25,037 bases of DNA from Candidatus Methylomirabilis sp. GTDB taxonomy: Bacteria; Methylomirabilota; Methylomirabilia; Methylomirabilales; Methylomirabilaceae. Both the position numbers and the translations under genes were made by a program. Location: assembly GCA_041498975.1 (NCBI GenBank), contig JBGQJI010000026.1:1-25037 (forward strand). The letters are read 5' to 3'. Shown here one piece after another: positions 1-7,693 of this stretch. The notes beneath the pieces are model-generated. The model had not been told where the DNA came from and searched no databases. It saw only the letters and a list, made by a program, of their open reading frames with translations. Each line of letters begins with the position of its first letter. The first letter of the stretch is position 1.

Positions 1-30
1 GACTCACTTGCCCCGCAGGCACGCTCCAAT

Positions 31-66
31 AAAAAAAGAAGCGGGGCTCTTCAGCCCTCCGCCTCT
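31..66 (-). terminator. Intrinsic terminator after rsfS
   Basis: Minus strand reads AGAGGCG(GA)GGGCT-GAAG-AGCCCCGCTTCT followed by a T run, about 27 nt after the rsfS stop. Confidence 0.75.
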
Positions 67-92
67 CGCGTGTCCGCTCTGTTTCTGGGCCT

Positions 93-509
93 TCATCTTA
101 AAGGGCCTTCAGGTCCATGTCGGACCAACTCCTGTTTCGGAGCGTCAGCCCACAGGCCCTCCAGATCATAGTACAGCCGGGTCTCTTCGTCGAAAATATG
201 AATGATGACGTCACTGTAGTCAAGCAAAATCCAACGGGCTTCCAGGTAGCCCTCTCGGTGGAGCATCCGCACCCGTTCCTCCAGAAGCCGTTCCTCGATC
301 CGTTCGGCGATGGCGCGGACCTGCCTGATCGATGGGACGCTCGCGATGAGGAAATGATCGGTGAAGGAGCAAAGCCCTCGCAGGTCCAAATGGACCAGAG
401 AGGTCGGCTTCACCTCAGAGGCCGCCGCCGCCGCAAGCATCAACAGTTTTTCGGTGTCGATCTTCCCTCTCCCTCCTCCTGACAAGGCGCTTCTTTTGGC
501 TGAGCTCAC
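93..509 (-). CDS. rsfS: Ribosome silencing factor RsfS (Iojap family)
   Basis: Motifs LDLRG...TDHFLIAS, RQVRAIA and WILLDYSDVIIHIF...RLYYDLEGLWADA; canonical position after nadD. GTG start uncertain. Confidence 0.93.
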   Translation of the reverse strand: MSSAKRSALSGGGRGKIDTEKLLMLAAAAASEVKPTSLVHLDLRGLCSFTDHFLIASVPSIRQVRAIAERIEERLLEERVRMLHREGYLEARWILLDYSDVIIHIFDEETRLYYDLEGLWADAPKQELVRHGPEGPLR

Positions 510-518
510 GCCGACGCC

Positions 519-1223
519 TCACCCCAGCGCTTCGGCCACCTTACGCTCCGGTTGATACAGGCGGTTCTTGCTCATATAAGCGGCCACCGTGTCGGGAACC
601 AGATAACGGATGCTCCTTCCCTCCTTCACGAGTTGCCGGATCTCACTGGAAGAGATATCCAGGGAGACGACCTCTACCAGCAGAACCAGGCGAGGTTCAT
701 GGCGTTGTCTTGAGGTCTGAGACGTGATTTCGGAGATCTTCAGATACTTGAATCGGGGGCTGCCAAGGAGCTGGCGCTGCTCCGGTGTCATCGAGCGTTC
801 CACCTCGTCGAGCCGCCAGCCGGGTCGGGCGGTGACGATGACCTGGGCAAGCGACAGCAGCTCTCTTGCTTCCCTCCAGGTCGCAATGTCCAGGAAGGCG
901 TCCACCCCCATGATGAAGTAGATAGTGGCCTCCTCTCCGTAGAGCTTCCGGAATTCCCGGAGCGTCTCAACCGAGTAGGAGCGGCCGGGCCTGTTGAGCT
1001 CAATCGGGGAGACGCCGAAATAGGGCGTGTAGATCGTCGCCAGCGACACCATCTCGTAGCGATCCATGGCCGACGCTCCGATCTCCTCCCCTTTGTGGGG
1101 GGGCCTGGCGGCCGGCACAAAGATGATCCTATCCAGCTCGAAGGCCCAGTAGATTTCCTCAGCGGCTCGCAGGTGGCCGAGGTGGATCGGATCGAAGGTC
1201 CCCCCCATCACGCCGATGCGCAT
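519..1223 (-). CDS. nadD: Nicotinate-nucleotide adenylyltransferase
   Basis: MRIGVMGGTFDPIHLGH (HxGH), PPHK and ISSSEIR motifs. Start moved to ATG 1223 because the 30-aa upstream extension largely translates the heptamer repeat region. Confidence 0.96.
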   Translation of the reverse strand: MRIGVMGGTFDPIHLGHLRAAEEIYWAFELDRIIFVPAARPPHKGEEIGASAMDRYEMVSLATIYTPYFGVSPIELNRPGRSYSVETLREFRKLYGEEATIYFIMGVDAFLDIATWREARELLSLAQVIVTARPGWRLDEVERSMTPEQRQLLGSPRFKYLKISEITSQTSRQRHEPRLVLLVEVVSLDISSSEIRQLVKEGRSIRYLVPDTVAAYMSKNRLYQPERKVAEALG

Positions 1224-1239
1224 GATCAATACCAAAAAT

Positions 1240-1348
1240 GTGCGAGGTGCGAGGTGCGAGGTCCGAGGTGCAAGATTTGAATTAGCCTGTCCGCTGTCCT
1301 TCGCACCTTGCACTTCGCACTTCGCACTCGTTTCATTGCACTTCGCAC
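1240..1348. repeat. Heptamer tandem array with inverted arms, (GTGCGAG)x5 / (TTCGCAC)x~6
   Basis: Units read directly at 1240-1274 and 1300-1348, in the proA-nadD intergenic region. Confidence 0.9.
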
Positions 1349-1349
1349 A

Positions 1350-2606
1350 CTATTTGCTTGAGTCCCGGATCTGGCCATCGCCGAGCACGATGAATTTCTG
1401 ACAGGTCAGCTCCGTGAGGCCAACCGGGCCTCGGGCGTGCAGCTTCTGGGTGCTGATCCCCATCTCCGCGCCCATCCCGAACTCACCGCCGTCGGTGAAA
1501 CGCGTGGAGGCGTTGACGAACACGGCGCCAGCGTCCACTTCCCGGAGGAATCGCATGGCACGAGTATGATTCATCGTCACGATCGCCTCGGCCAAGCCGG
1601 AGCCATGTTCTGCGATGTGGGCCACCGCCTCCTCGAAGGAGCCGACAACCTTAACAGACAGGATCAGGTCCAGGTACTCGGTATCCCAGTCGGACTCGGT
1701 CGCAGCCGCGATACCCGGGACGAGCGCCCGGGTTCGAGGGCAGCCCCTCACCTCGACCCCCGACTCACGCAACCGCCGGACCATGCTCGGAAGGAAAACC
1801 GGGGCAACCTGGTCATGGACCAGCAGGGTCTCCATGGCGTTGCAGACGCCCGGCCGCTCCACCTTGGCGTTGAAGACGATCTCCCCCGCCATGGCGAGAT
1901 CCGCGCCCTCATCGACGTAGGTGTGACAGAGCCCCTTGTCGTGGGCCAGGACCGGTATGGCGGACGTCCGCTGCACCGTCCGGATTAGATCTTCGCCGCC
2001 TCGAGGGATGATCAGGTCCACGAGCCCGGTGAGCGAAAGCAGGTGTGTCACCGCCTCTCGGTCCACCGAATCGATGAACGCGACGCACCCTTTGGGCAGG
2101 CCGGTCGCGGCGGCGGCTTCAGCCAGCAGACCGCCGATGATTCGGTTGGTGCGGATCGCCTCTCGACCGCCTTTCAGGATCACGGCGTTCCCCGACTTCA
2201 GGCAGAGGGCTGCGGCGTCAGCCGTTACGCCCGGCCTCGCCTCGTAGATCACGCCGATGACCCCGAGCGGCACCCGCATCCGGCCGATGAGAAGCCCATT
2301 CGGGCGACGCCACATCCCCGTGATCTCCCCGACAGGATCGGGCAGTCCCGCCACCTGCCGCACACCGGCCACTATCTTTTCGATACGCCTCTCGTCCAGT
2401 GCCAGCCGATCGAGAAACGCAGGCGTATGGCGCTTCGCCTCCGCCAGATCGAGGGCGTTGGCGGAGAGGATCGTTGCCCGTGCGCTCCAGAGCGCGTCAG
2501 CCATCGCGGCCAACGCCCGGTTCTTCACCTCGGAAGAAACCACGGCCAGGGCTCGAGCCGCCGGCCGTGAGGCCGTCGCAAGCTCCCGGACCATATTCGC
2601 AATCAC
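1350..2606 (-). CDS. proA: Gamma-glutamyl phosphate reductase
   Basis: RVPLGVIGVIYEARP, catalytic GVCNAMETLLVH, NASTRFTDGGEFGMGAEMGISTQKLHARGP. Confidence 0.97.
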   Translation of the reverse strand: MIANMVRELATASRPAARALAVVSSEVKNRALAAMADALWSARATILSANALDLAEAKRHTPAFLDRLALDERRIEKIVAGVRQVAGLPDPVGEITGMWRRPNGLLIGRMRVPLGVIGVIYEARPGVTADAAALCLKSGNAVILKGGREAIRTNRIIGGLLAEAAAATGLPKGCVAFIDSVDREAVTHLLSLTGLVDLIIPRGGEDLIRTVQRTSAIPVLAHDKGLCHTYVDEGADLAMAGEIVFNAKVERPGVCNAMETLLVHDQVAPVFLPSMVRRLRESGVEVRGCPRTRALVPGIAAATESDWDTEYLDLILSVKVVGSFEEAVAHIAEHGSGLAEAIVTMNHTRAMRFLREVDAGAVFVNASTRFTDGGEFGMGAEMGISTQKLHARGPVGLTELTCQKFIVLGDGQIRDSSK

Positions 2607-2624
2607 GCCTTCATCCCTCTAGGG

Positions 2625-2752
2625 GTTCCAAGTGCCAAGTTCCAGGTTCGCCTTCGCAGTTCCAGATTTCCAGTCCCAGGCTCTAGGTTTGTTAAAGCGC
2701 AACTTGTTGGCACTCTCTTCAACCAGGAACCCGGAACTTGGAACCTGGAACC
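2625..2752. repeat. Heptamer tandem array with inverted arms, (GTTCCAR)n / (YYGGAAC)x4
   Basis: GTTCCAA GTGCCAA GTTCCAG ... CAGGAAC CCGGAAC TTGGAAC CTGGAAC between proB and proA. Confidence 0.85.
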
Positions 2753-2756
2753 ATAT

Positions 2757-3911
2757 TTAATCCAGAATCACCAGGTTATCCCGGTGAACCACCTCGTCGA
2801 ATGGCTTGGCGCCCAACACCCCTTCGATCTGGTTGCTCTTGAGGCCCTTGATCCGCTCCACCTGCCCGGCGTCGTAGTTCGCAACGCCCCGGGAGAATTC
2901 TTCCCCGGCGGGATCGCACAGGCTGACCACCTCGCCGCCCTCGAACTCGCCACTGGCGGACACGACCCCGGAGGGCAGGAGGCTCCGGCCCCCACTGGTC
3001 AGCGCCTCCTTCGCCCCGATATCCACAGTAATTCGCCCCCGTGGCTGGCTTGCAAATGCCAGCCAGCGTTTCCGGCTCCGCATTCGAGACGACGACCCCT
3101 GAAAGAGCGTGCCGACCGCCTCCCCCCGGAGGATCCGCGCCAGGATCCCTTCGACAAGGCCGTTCGCGATGATAGTGGGAATCCCGGAGGCAGCGGCGCG
3201 GCGGGCCGCCCCCACCTTTGTGACCATCCCCCCGGTGCCAAGGCCGGTCCCCGAATCGGCCGCCCAGAAGGAGACGTCCGCTGACCTGCGGGGAACCTGC
3301 GTGATAAGGCTGGCGTGGGGGTCTCTTTTCGGATCGGCGGTGTACAGGCCGTCCAGGTCGGTCAGGATCACCAGCAGGTCCGCCCCGACCAGCGTCGCCA
3401 CCAGCGCCGAAAGATTGTCGTTATCCCCGAACCTGATCTCCTCTACCGAGACCGTGTCGTTCTCGTTGATGATCGGCAGCACCCCCAAATGGAGAAGGGT
3501 GAAAAGGGTGTTGCGCGCATTGAGGTAACGAGGCCGGGACCGGAAATCCTCCTGGGTCAGCAGGAGCTGCGCGACCCTCTGCCCATACGGATCGAATGCC
3601 TCCTCATAATGGCGCATCAGCAGGCTCTGGCCGACGGCGGCGGCGGCCTGCTTCAATGGGATGCTGCCGGGTCGCTCTCCAAGCCCAAGCCGACCCATCC
3701 CGGCCAGGATCGCGCCCGAGGAGACCAGGACGATCTGCCGTCCCTCTTCTCTCAGCGAAGAAAGTTCGCGGCAGATCCGCTCCAGCGTTGCCCGGTGCAA
3801 GCCGATATCCCCTTTTGAGAGGACGGCCGATCCGACCTTCACCACAAGCCGCTTCGCATCCTTCACGGCAGCCGCTCTGGAGTCCGCAAATGATGCGTCT
3901 GCACGACTCAT
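2757..3911 (-). CDS. proB: Glutamate 5-kinase with PUA domain
   Basis: VVKVGS, VSSGA, PIINENDTV, FGDNDNLSA, GTGGMVTK and C-terminal VVHRDNLV; adjacent to proA. Confidence 0.97.
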   Translation of the reverse strand: MSRADASFADSRAAAVKDAKRLVVKVGSAVLSKGDIGLHRATLERICRELSSLREEGRQIVLVSSGAILAGMGRLGLGERPGSIPLKQAAAAVGQSLLMRHYEEAFDPYGQRVAQLLLTQEDFRSRPRYLNARNTLFTLLHLGVLPIINENDTVSVEEIRFGDNDNLSALVATLVGADLLVILTDLDGLYTADPKRDPHASLITQVPRRSADVSFWAADSGTGLGTGGMVTKVGAARRAAASGIPTIIANGLVEGILARILRGEAVGTLFQGSSSRMRSRKRWLAFASQPRGRITVDIGAKEALTSGGRSLLPSGVVSASGEFEGGEVVSLCDPAGEEFSRGVANYDAGQVERIKGLKSNQIEGVLGAKPFDEVVHRDNLVILD

Positions 3912-3920
3912 GAGATTCCC

Positions 3921-4012
3921 CAGTTCATCGTTCGCAGTTCATAGTTCACAGTTTTTTGAACCCGAGCTCTGGAGTTCTGGACCCTGAACTATGAACTCTG
4001 AACCCCGAACTG
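3921..4012. repeat. Heptamer tandem array with inverted arms, (AGTTCAY)n / (MTGAACY)n, overlapping the obgE 3' end
   Basis: AGTTCAT CGTTCGC AGTTCAT AGTTCAC ... CTGAACT ATGAACT CTGAACC CCGAACT. Confidence 0.85.
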
Positions 4013-4997
4013 TCTGGAGCTGTTCGGCCAGATACCGGACGAGGGCCTCGACCCCTTCGCCTGTCACGGCCGACATCGGGAAGAGGGGGATGGCCCGCTC
4101 TGCACAGAGGGCCCTAAGCGCGGGCAGGTAGGTAGCGTGGGGAAGATCGATCTTGTTGGCGGCAATCACGCGCGGCCGCCGGAGAAGCGCAGGATTGTAG
4201 GCTTCAAGCTCTGCCTCGACCACTGACAGGGCGTCCAGCGGATCCCTCGCGTCGTCGGACACATCGATAACATGCACCAACAGACGAGTCCGTTCAACAT
4301 GGCGGAGAAAGCGAACGCCGAGCCCCGCCCCGGCAGCCGCTCCCTTGATCAGTCCAGGAATGTCAGCGACCACCATGGCGCCAAGCGGGTCGATCTCGAT
4401 GGTTCCCAGGTGTGGAGTGAGAGTTGTAAAGGGGTAATCCGCGACCTTCGAATGGGCGGCCGAGATGCGGCAGAGGAGCGCAGATTTTCCGGCGTTGGGG
4501 AGGCCGACTAGGCCGACGTCGGCCAAGAGTTTCAAGGTGAGGTCAAGCAGCCGCTGCTCTCCCTGTTGGCCTGGTTGAGCAATGCGGGGCGCCTGGCGAA
4601 CCGCGGTGGCGAATCGGGCATTGCCTCGGCCGCCCTTCCCTCCTCGGGCGACCAGCACCTGCTCTCCGTCGTGGATCAGGTCTGCTATGAGCACACCCGT
4701 CTCCGCATCCACGACAACGGTACCAAGGGGTACAGGGATGATCAGGTCGGCGCCTCGCCTGCCGTGCATCGTTTTGCCTCGGCCATGCGCGCCGTTTTCC
4801 GCCCGATACTGCCGTTGGTATTTCTGGTCGCTGAGGGTCCGATAAGAACGACTGGCGACGAAAGAGACGCTCCCGCCGTCGCCCCCATCGCCACCGTCTG
4901 GGCCGCCTCGTGGCACATACGCTTCTCGCCGGAAGCTGATGCAGCCGCGGCCGCCGTCCCCTGCCTTGACCTGAATGCGGCCCTCATCGACGAACAT
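3939..4997 (-). CDS. obgE: GTPase Obg/CgtA
   Basis: MFVDE start, Gly-rich Obg fold, G1 GLPNAGKS, G2 YPFTT, G3 DIPG, G4 NKID; follows rpmA. Confidence 0.97.
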   Translation of the reverse strand: MFVDEGRIQVKAGDGGRGCISFRREAYVPRGGPDGGDGGDGGSVSFVASRSYRTLSDQKYQRQYRAENGAHGRGKTMHGRRGADLIIPVPLGTVVVDAETGVLIADLIHDGEQVLVARGGKGGRGNARFATAVRQAPRIAQPGQQGEQRLLDLTLKLLADVGLVGLPNAGKSALLCRISAAHSKVADYPFTTLTPHLGTIEIDPLGAMVVADIPGLIKGAAAGAGLGVRFLRHVERTRLLVHVIDVSDDARDPLDALSVVEAELEAYNPALLRRPRVIAANKIDLPHATYLPALRALCAERAIPLFPMSAVTGEGVEALVRYLAEQLQTVRGSEFIVQGPELQSSGSKNCEL

Positions 4998-5009
4998 CGA
5001 GGTAAGGCG

Positions 5010-5264
5010 TCAGACACCCGTAATACTGATGAAGCGACCCTGTCCCCCGCGCCGCTCGATCGTCACGACCCCGGACACCTTGGCGAAAAGGGTGTCGTCC
5101 GAACCGATCCCGACGTTCTTGCCTGGCCTGAAGCGGGTGCCGCGCTGCCGGATCAGAATGCTGCCCGCTGGCACCGTCTGCCCCGCCCCAGCCTTCATGC
5201 CCAACCGCTGACCGGCGCTATCCCGGCCATTGCGGGAACTCCCCATTCCTTTCTTGTGTGCCAT
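5010..5264 (-). CDS. rpmA: 50S ribosomal protein L27
   Basis: [16 protein letters not shown]...IRQRGT...[14 protein letters not shown]. Confidence 0.98.
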   Translation of the reverse strand: MAHKKGMGSSRNGRDSAGQRLGMKAGAGQTVPAGSILIRQRGTRFRPGKNVGIGSDDTLFAKVSGVVTIERRGGQGRFISITGV

Positions 5265-5278
5265 CGCCTACCTCCAAG

Positions 5279-5347
5279 AGTTGATAGTTCGGAGTTCGGG
5301 GTTCAGAGTTTCCTGTCTATGAACCCTGAACACTGAACCCTGAACCT
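5279..5347. repeat. Heptamer tandem array with inverted arms, (AGTTCGG)n / (CTGAACC)n
   Basis: Occupies most of the rplU-rpmA intergenic region. Confidence 0.85.
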
Positions 5348-5353
5348 TGTCCC

Positions 5354-5665
5354 CTATACCCTGATCTCTGTGATTCGGACTGTCGTTTGCGCCTGTCGGT
5401 GCCCCTGGGTGCGTCGATACCGCTTCCGCCGCTTGAACTTGAAGACGGTGATCTTCGGCCCGCGCCCCTGGCGGACGATCTCGGTCAATACACTGGCGCC
5501 CTGCAGGTACGGGTTCCCTACCTTCACCTGGTCCCCGTCAGCCACCAGCAACACTTTCGAGAGCTCGACCTGGCTCCCGGCCTCCCCCTCGATCCGCTCG
5601 AGCACCACCAGGCCCCCAGGGGCGACCCGACGCTGCTTCCCTCCCGATTCGATTATGGCATACAC
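5354..5665 (-). CDS. rplU: 50S ribosomal protein L21
   Basis: YAIIESGGKQ...KFKRRKRYRRTQGHRQ; GTG start at 5665 with GGAGGGG RBS upstream. Confidence 0.97.
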   Translation of the reverse strand: MYAIIESGGKQRRVAPGGLVVLERIEGEAGSQVELSKVLLVADGDQVKVGNPYLQGASVLTEIVRQGRGPKITVFKFKRRKRYRRTQGHRQAQTTVRITEIRV

Positions 5666-5757
5666 CGTTCGCCCCTCCGGCACTAAGACCAACAAACACG
5701 GAGAGGAGGCTTATGGCCTCCTTCTCCTGTTAAAGAATGACATCGCTATTGAATGAC

Positions 5758-5786
5758 ATTTTAGGCGGCTGCCATCGCTCTGTCAA
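5758..5786 (-). promoter_or_regulatory. Sigma70-type promoter for the rplU operon
   Basis: Minus strand TTGACA-17 nt-TAAAAT, about 90 nt upstream of the rplU start. Confidence 0.8.
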
Positions 5787-5797
5787 GCAGTAAGACA

Positions 5798-5863
5798 TAG
5801 GGTATAGGGTAGAGCGTATAGGGTGTAGAGAGGACCCCCCTGAACCCTACACCCTAAACCCTG
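5798..5863. repeat. Heptamer tandem array with inverted arms, (TAGGGTA)n / (MACCCTA)n
   Basis: TAGGGTA TAGGGTA GAGCGTA TAGGGTG ... AACCCTA CACCCTA AACCCTG. Confidence 0.85.
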
Positions 5864-6089
5864 CTCTCTTCTTGGGGAGCTTTCTCTCCAGGAACAGCGC
5901 TCCCTTGATGACACGGCCATTCGGGGCAATACTCCAGGTGCCGTGTCCCGTGACGGTAAGCTGGATCGGGACCCCGTATCGCTTGGCCTTCTCGAGCAGG
6001 CGTCGGACCAGCGTGTCTGGCCCGTCGTCCGCCTGCCACTCCCCAGAGTATGCCAGGCCGGGCTCGGAACAGAGGATCTCGACCTTCAA
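5847..6089 (-). CDS. Hypothetical protein, 80 aa
   Basis: TTG start directly after the rng stop with a GGAGGGG RBS; no family recognised. Confidence 0.6.
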   Translation of the reverse strand: MKVEILCSEPGLAYSGEWQADDGPDTLVRRLLEKAKRYGVPIQLTVTGHGTWSIAPNGRVIKGALFLERKLPKKRAGFRV

Positions 6090-6090
6090 T

Positions 6091-7626
6091 CTACCCCTCC
6101 AACAACTGATATTTCCCATGCGCCAGAGATTCTTCCGGAACCAGGACGATCTCCCCGCCGTAGGTCTGCTGGAGCGTTTCGATCACTTCGCCATCCTCCG
6201 CCTGGATCCAACTGATCAGGTCGGGGTGGGCCTTGATGCGAACCCGCGGGACCCGCTTGCGGAACAGCCGCCACTCCGCCTCCCGAAGGACCTGATGAGC
6301 GATCGAGGGGGTCGAACGGACGTGGCCGAGTCCACCGCAGGCTGGGCAGGAGGCGCTCAAGGCCTTGTTGAGCCCCTGGCGGACCCGCTTCCGCGTCATC
6401 TCGACCAGGCCTAGTTCCGACAGGAGAGACACATTGGTGGGAGAGCGGTCGGGCTTCAGCGCCTCCTTGAGTTCCTGAAGGACGCGATCCCGACTCTCCT
6501 GCCGAGCCATATCAATGAAGTCGATGATGATGATGCCGCCCAGGTCTCGCAGGCGCACCTGGCGCGCGATCTCCCTGGCCGCTTCCAGGTTGGTTTTGAG
6601 GACCGTCTCCTCAAAATCGTGTTTGCCGACGTACTTCCCCGTGTTGATGTCGATGGAGACCAGCGCCTCCGTCTCCTCCAACACGATGTAGCCCCCTGAT
6701 CTGAGCCAGACCTTGTGTCGCAGCGCCTTCTCGACCTCCCGCTCGATGCCGAACGACTTGTAGATCGGCTCGTCCTCGGTGTAGAGAAACAAGTGGGACT
6801 TCAGGTCCGGGTGCAGCGATTCGGCGTACTCCAGACACCGCTCGTACTCGGTCGGGCTGTCCACCACCAAACGCACCACCTCTTTCGTGAAGAGGTCGCG
6901 AAAGATCCGGAAGATCAGGTCCAGGTCCTTCTGGACCAATGCCGGAGCGGTGTGGGTTTCGGCCTTGCTCTTGATTTTCTTCCAGAGGGATCGGAGAAAC
7001 TCCAGATCAGCCCCGATCTCCGCCTTCCCCTTGCCGATACCGGCGGTCCTGACGATGACCCCCTCGCGCTGCGGATTGATCTCCTCGACGATCTGTTTCA
7101 ACCGTGATCGCTCGCCCTCGTTCTCGATTTTCCGGGAGACGCCGATGTGCTGCTCAGTGGGCATGTACACGAGGTAGCGGCCGGGCAGGGTGATGTGGGA
7201 GGTGATGCGGGCCCCCTTGGTCCCGAGAGGTTCCCGGGCCACCTGAGCCAGGACCTCCTGGCCCTCCTTCAAGAGCTCCTCGATCGCCGCCTGGGGGCGC
7301 CGGCCTCGGCTGAAGCTGGGCCGTGGCTCTTCGGGGGGCGGTTCGCCGCCGGGCTCGCCGTCTTCGCCGAGGTTCAGGAGGCGCTCGTACTCCTCCAGAT
7401 CCTCGAAGATGTCCCGGACGTACAAGAAGGCATCCTTCGCCAGGCCCAGGTCCACGAAGGCGGCCTGCATCCCCGGGAGGATCTTCAGGACGCGCCCCTT
7501 ATAGATGTTGCCGGCGATGCTCTTGTTCTTCGAGTCGTCGATGAGAAGCTCAACCAGGACGCCGTCTTCCAGGACGGCCACCCGGGTTTCCACCATGGAG
7601 GAATTGACGATGATCTCTCGCTTCAT
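6091..7626 (-). CDS. rng: Ribonuclease G (Rne/Rng family)
   Basis: GNIYKGRV..ILPGMQAAFVD S1 domain, catalytic IDINTG and IIIDFIDM, CPACGG Zn-link; 511 aa without a long C-terminal scaffold. Confidence 0.92.
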   Translation of the reverse strand: MKREIIVNSSMVETRVAVLEDGVLVELLIDDSKNKSIAGNIYKGRVLKILPGMQAAFVDLGLAKDAFLYVRDIFEDLEEYERLLNLGEDGEPGGEPPPEEPRPSFSRGRRPQAAIEELLKEGQEVLAQVAREPLGTKGARITSHITLPGRYLVYMPTEQHIGVSRKIENEGERSRLKQIVEEINPQREGVIVRTAGIGKGKAEIGADLEFLRSLWKKIKSKAETHTAPALVQKDLDLIFRIFRDLFTKEVVRLVVDSPTEYERCLEYAESLHPDLKSHLFLYTEDEPIYKSFGIEREVEKALRHKVWLRSGGYIVLEETEALVSIDINTGKYVGKHDFEETVLKTNLEAAREIARQVRLRDLGGIIIIDFIDMARQESRDRVLQELKEALKPDRSPTNVSLLSELGLVEMTRKRVRQGLNKALSASCPACGGLGHVRSTPSIAHQVLREAEWRLFRKRVPRVRIKAHPDLISWIQAEDGEVIETLQQTYGGEIVLVPEESLAHGKYQLLEG

Positions 7627-7693
7627 CGACCGATATTCGCTTTCTCCTCAAATGGGTGGGCTCCCACGCTGTTGCTCGGAAGGCGCAGAAAGC

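Noticed and set aside
1..30. Possible tRNA or tmRNA 3' end (sequence ends in CCA before an A run)
   Set aside because: No T-arm at the correct spacing is visible; the A run is explained by the minus-strand terminator.
1224..1313. N-terminal extension of NadD
   Set aside because: Mostly a translation of the heptamer array region (LAPRTSHLAPRT); the family-typical start is MRIG at 1223.
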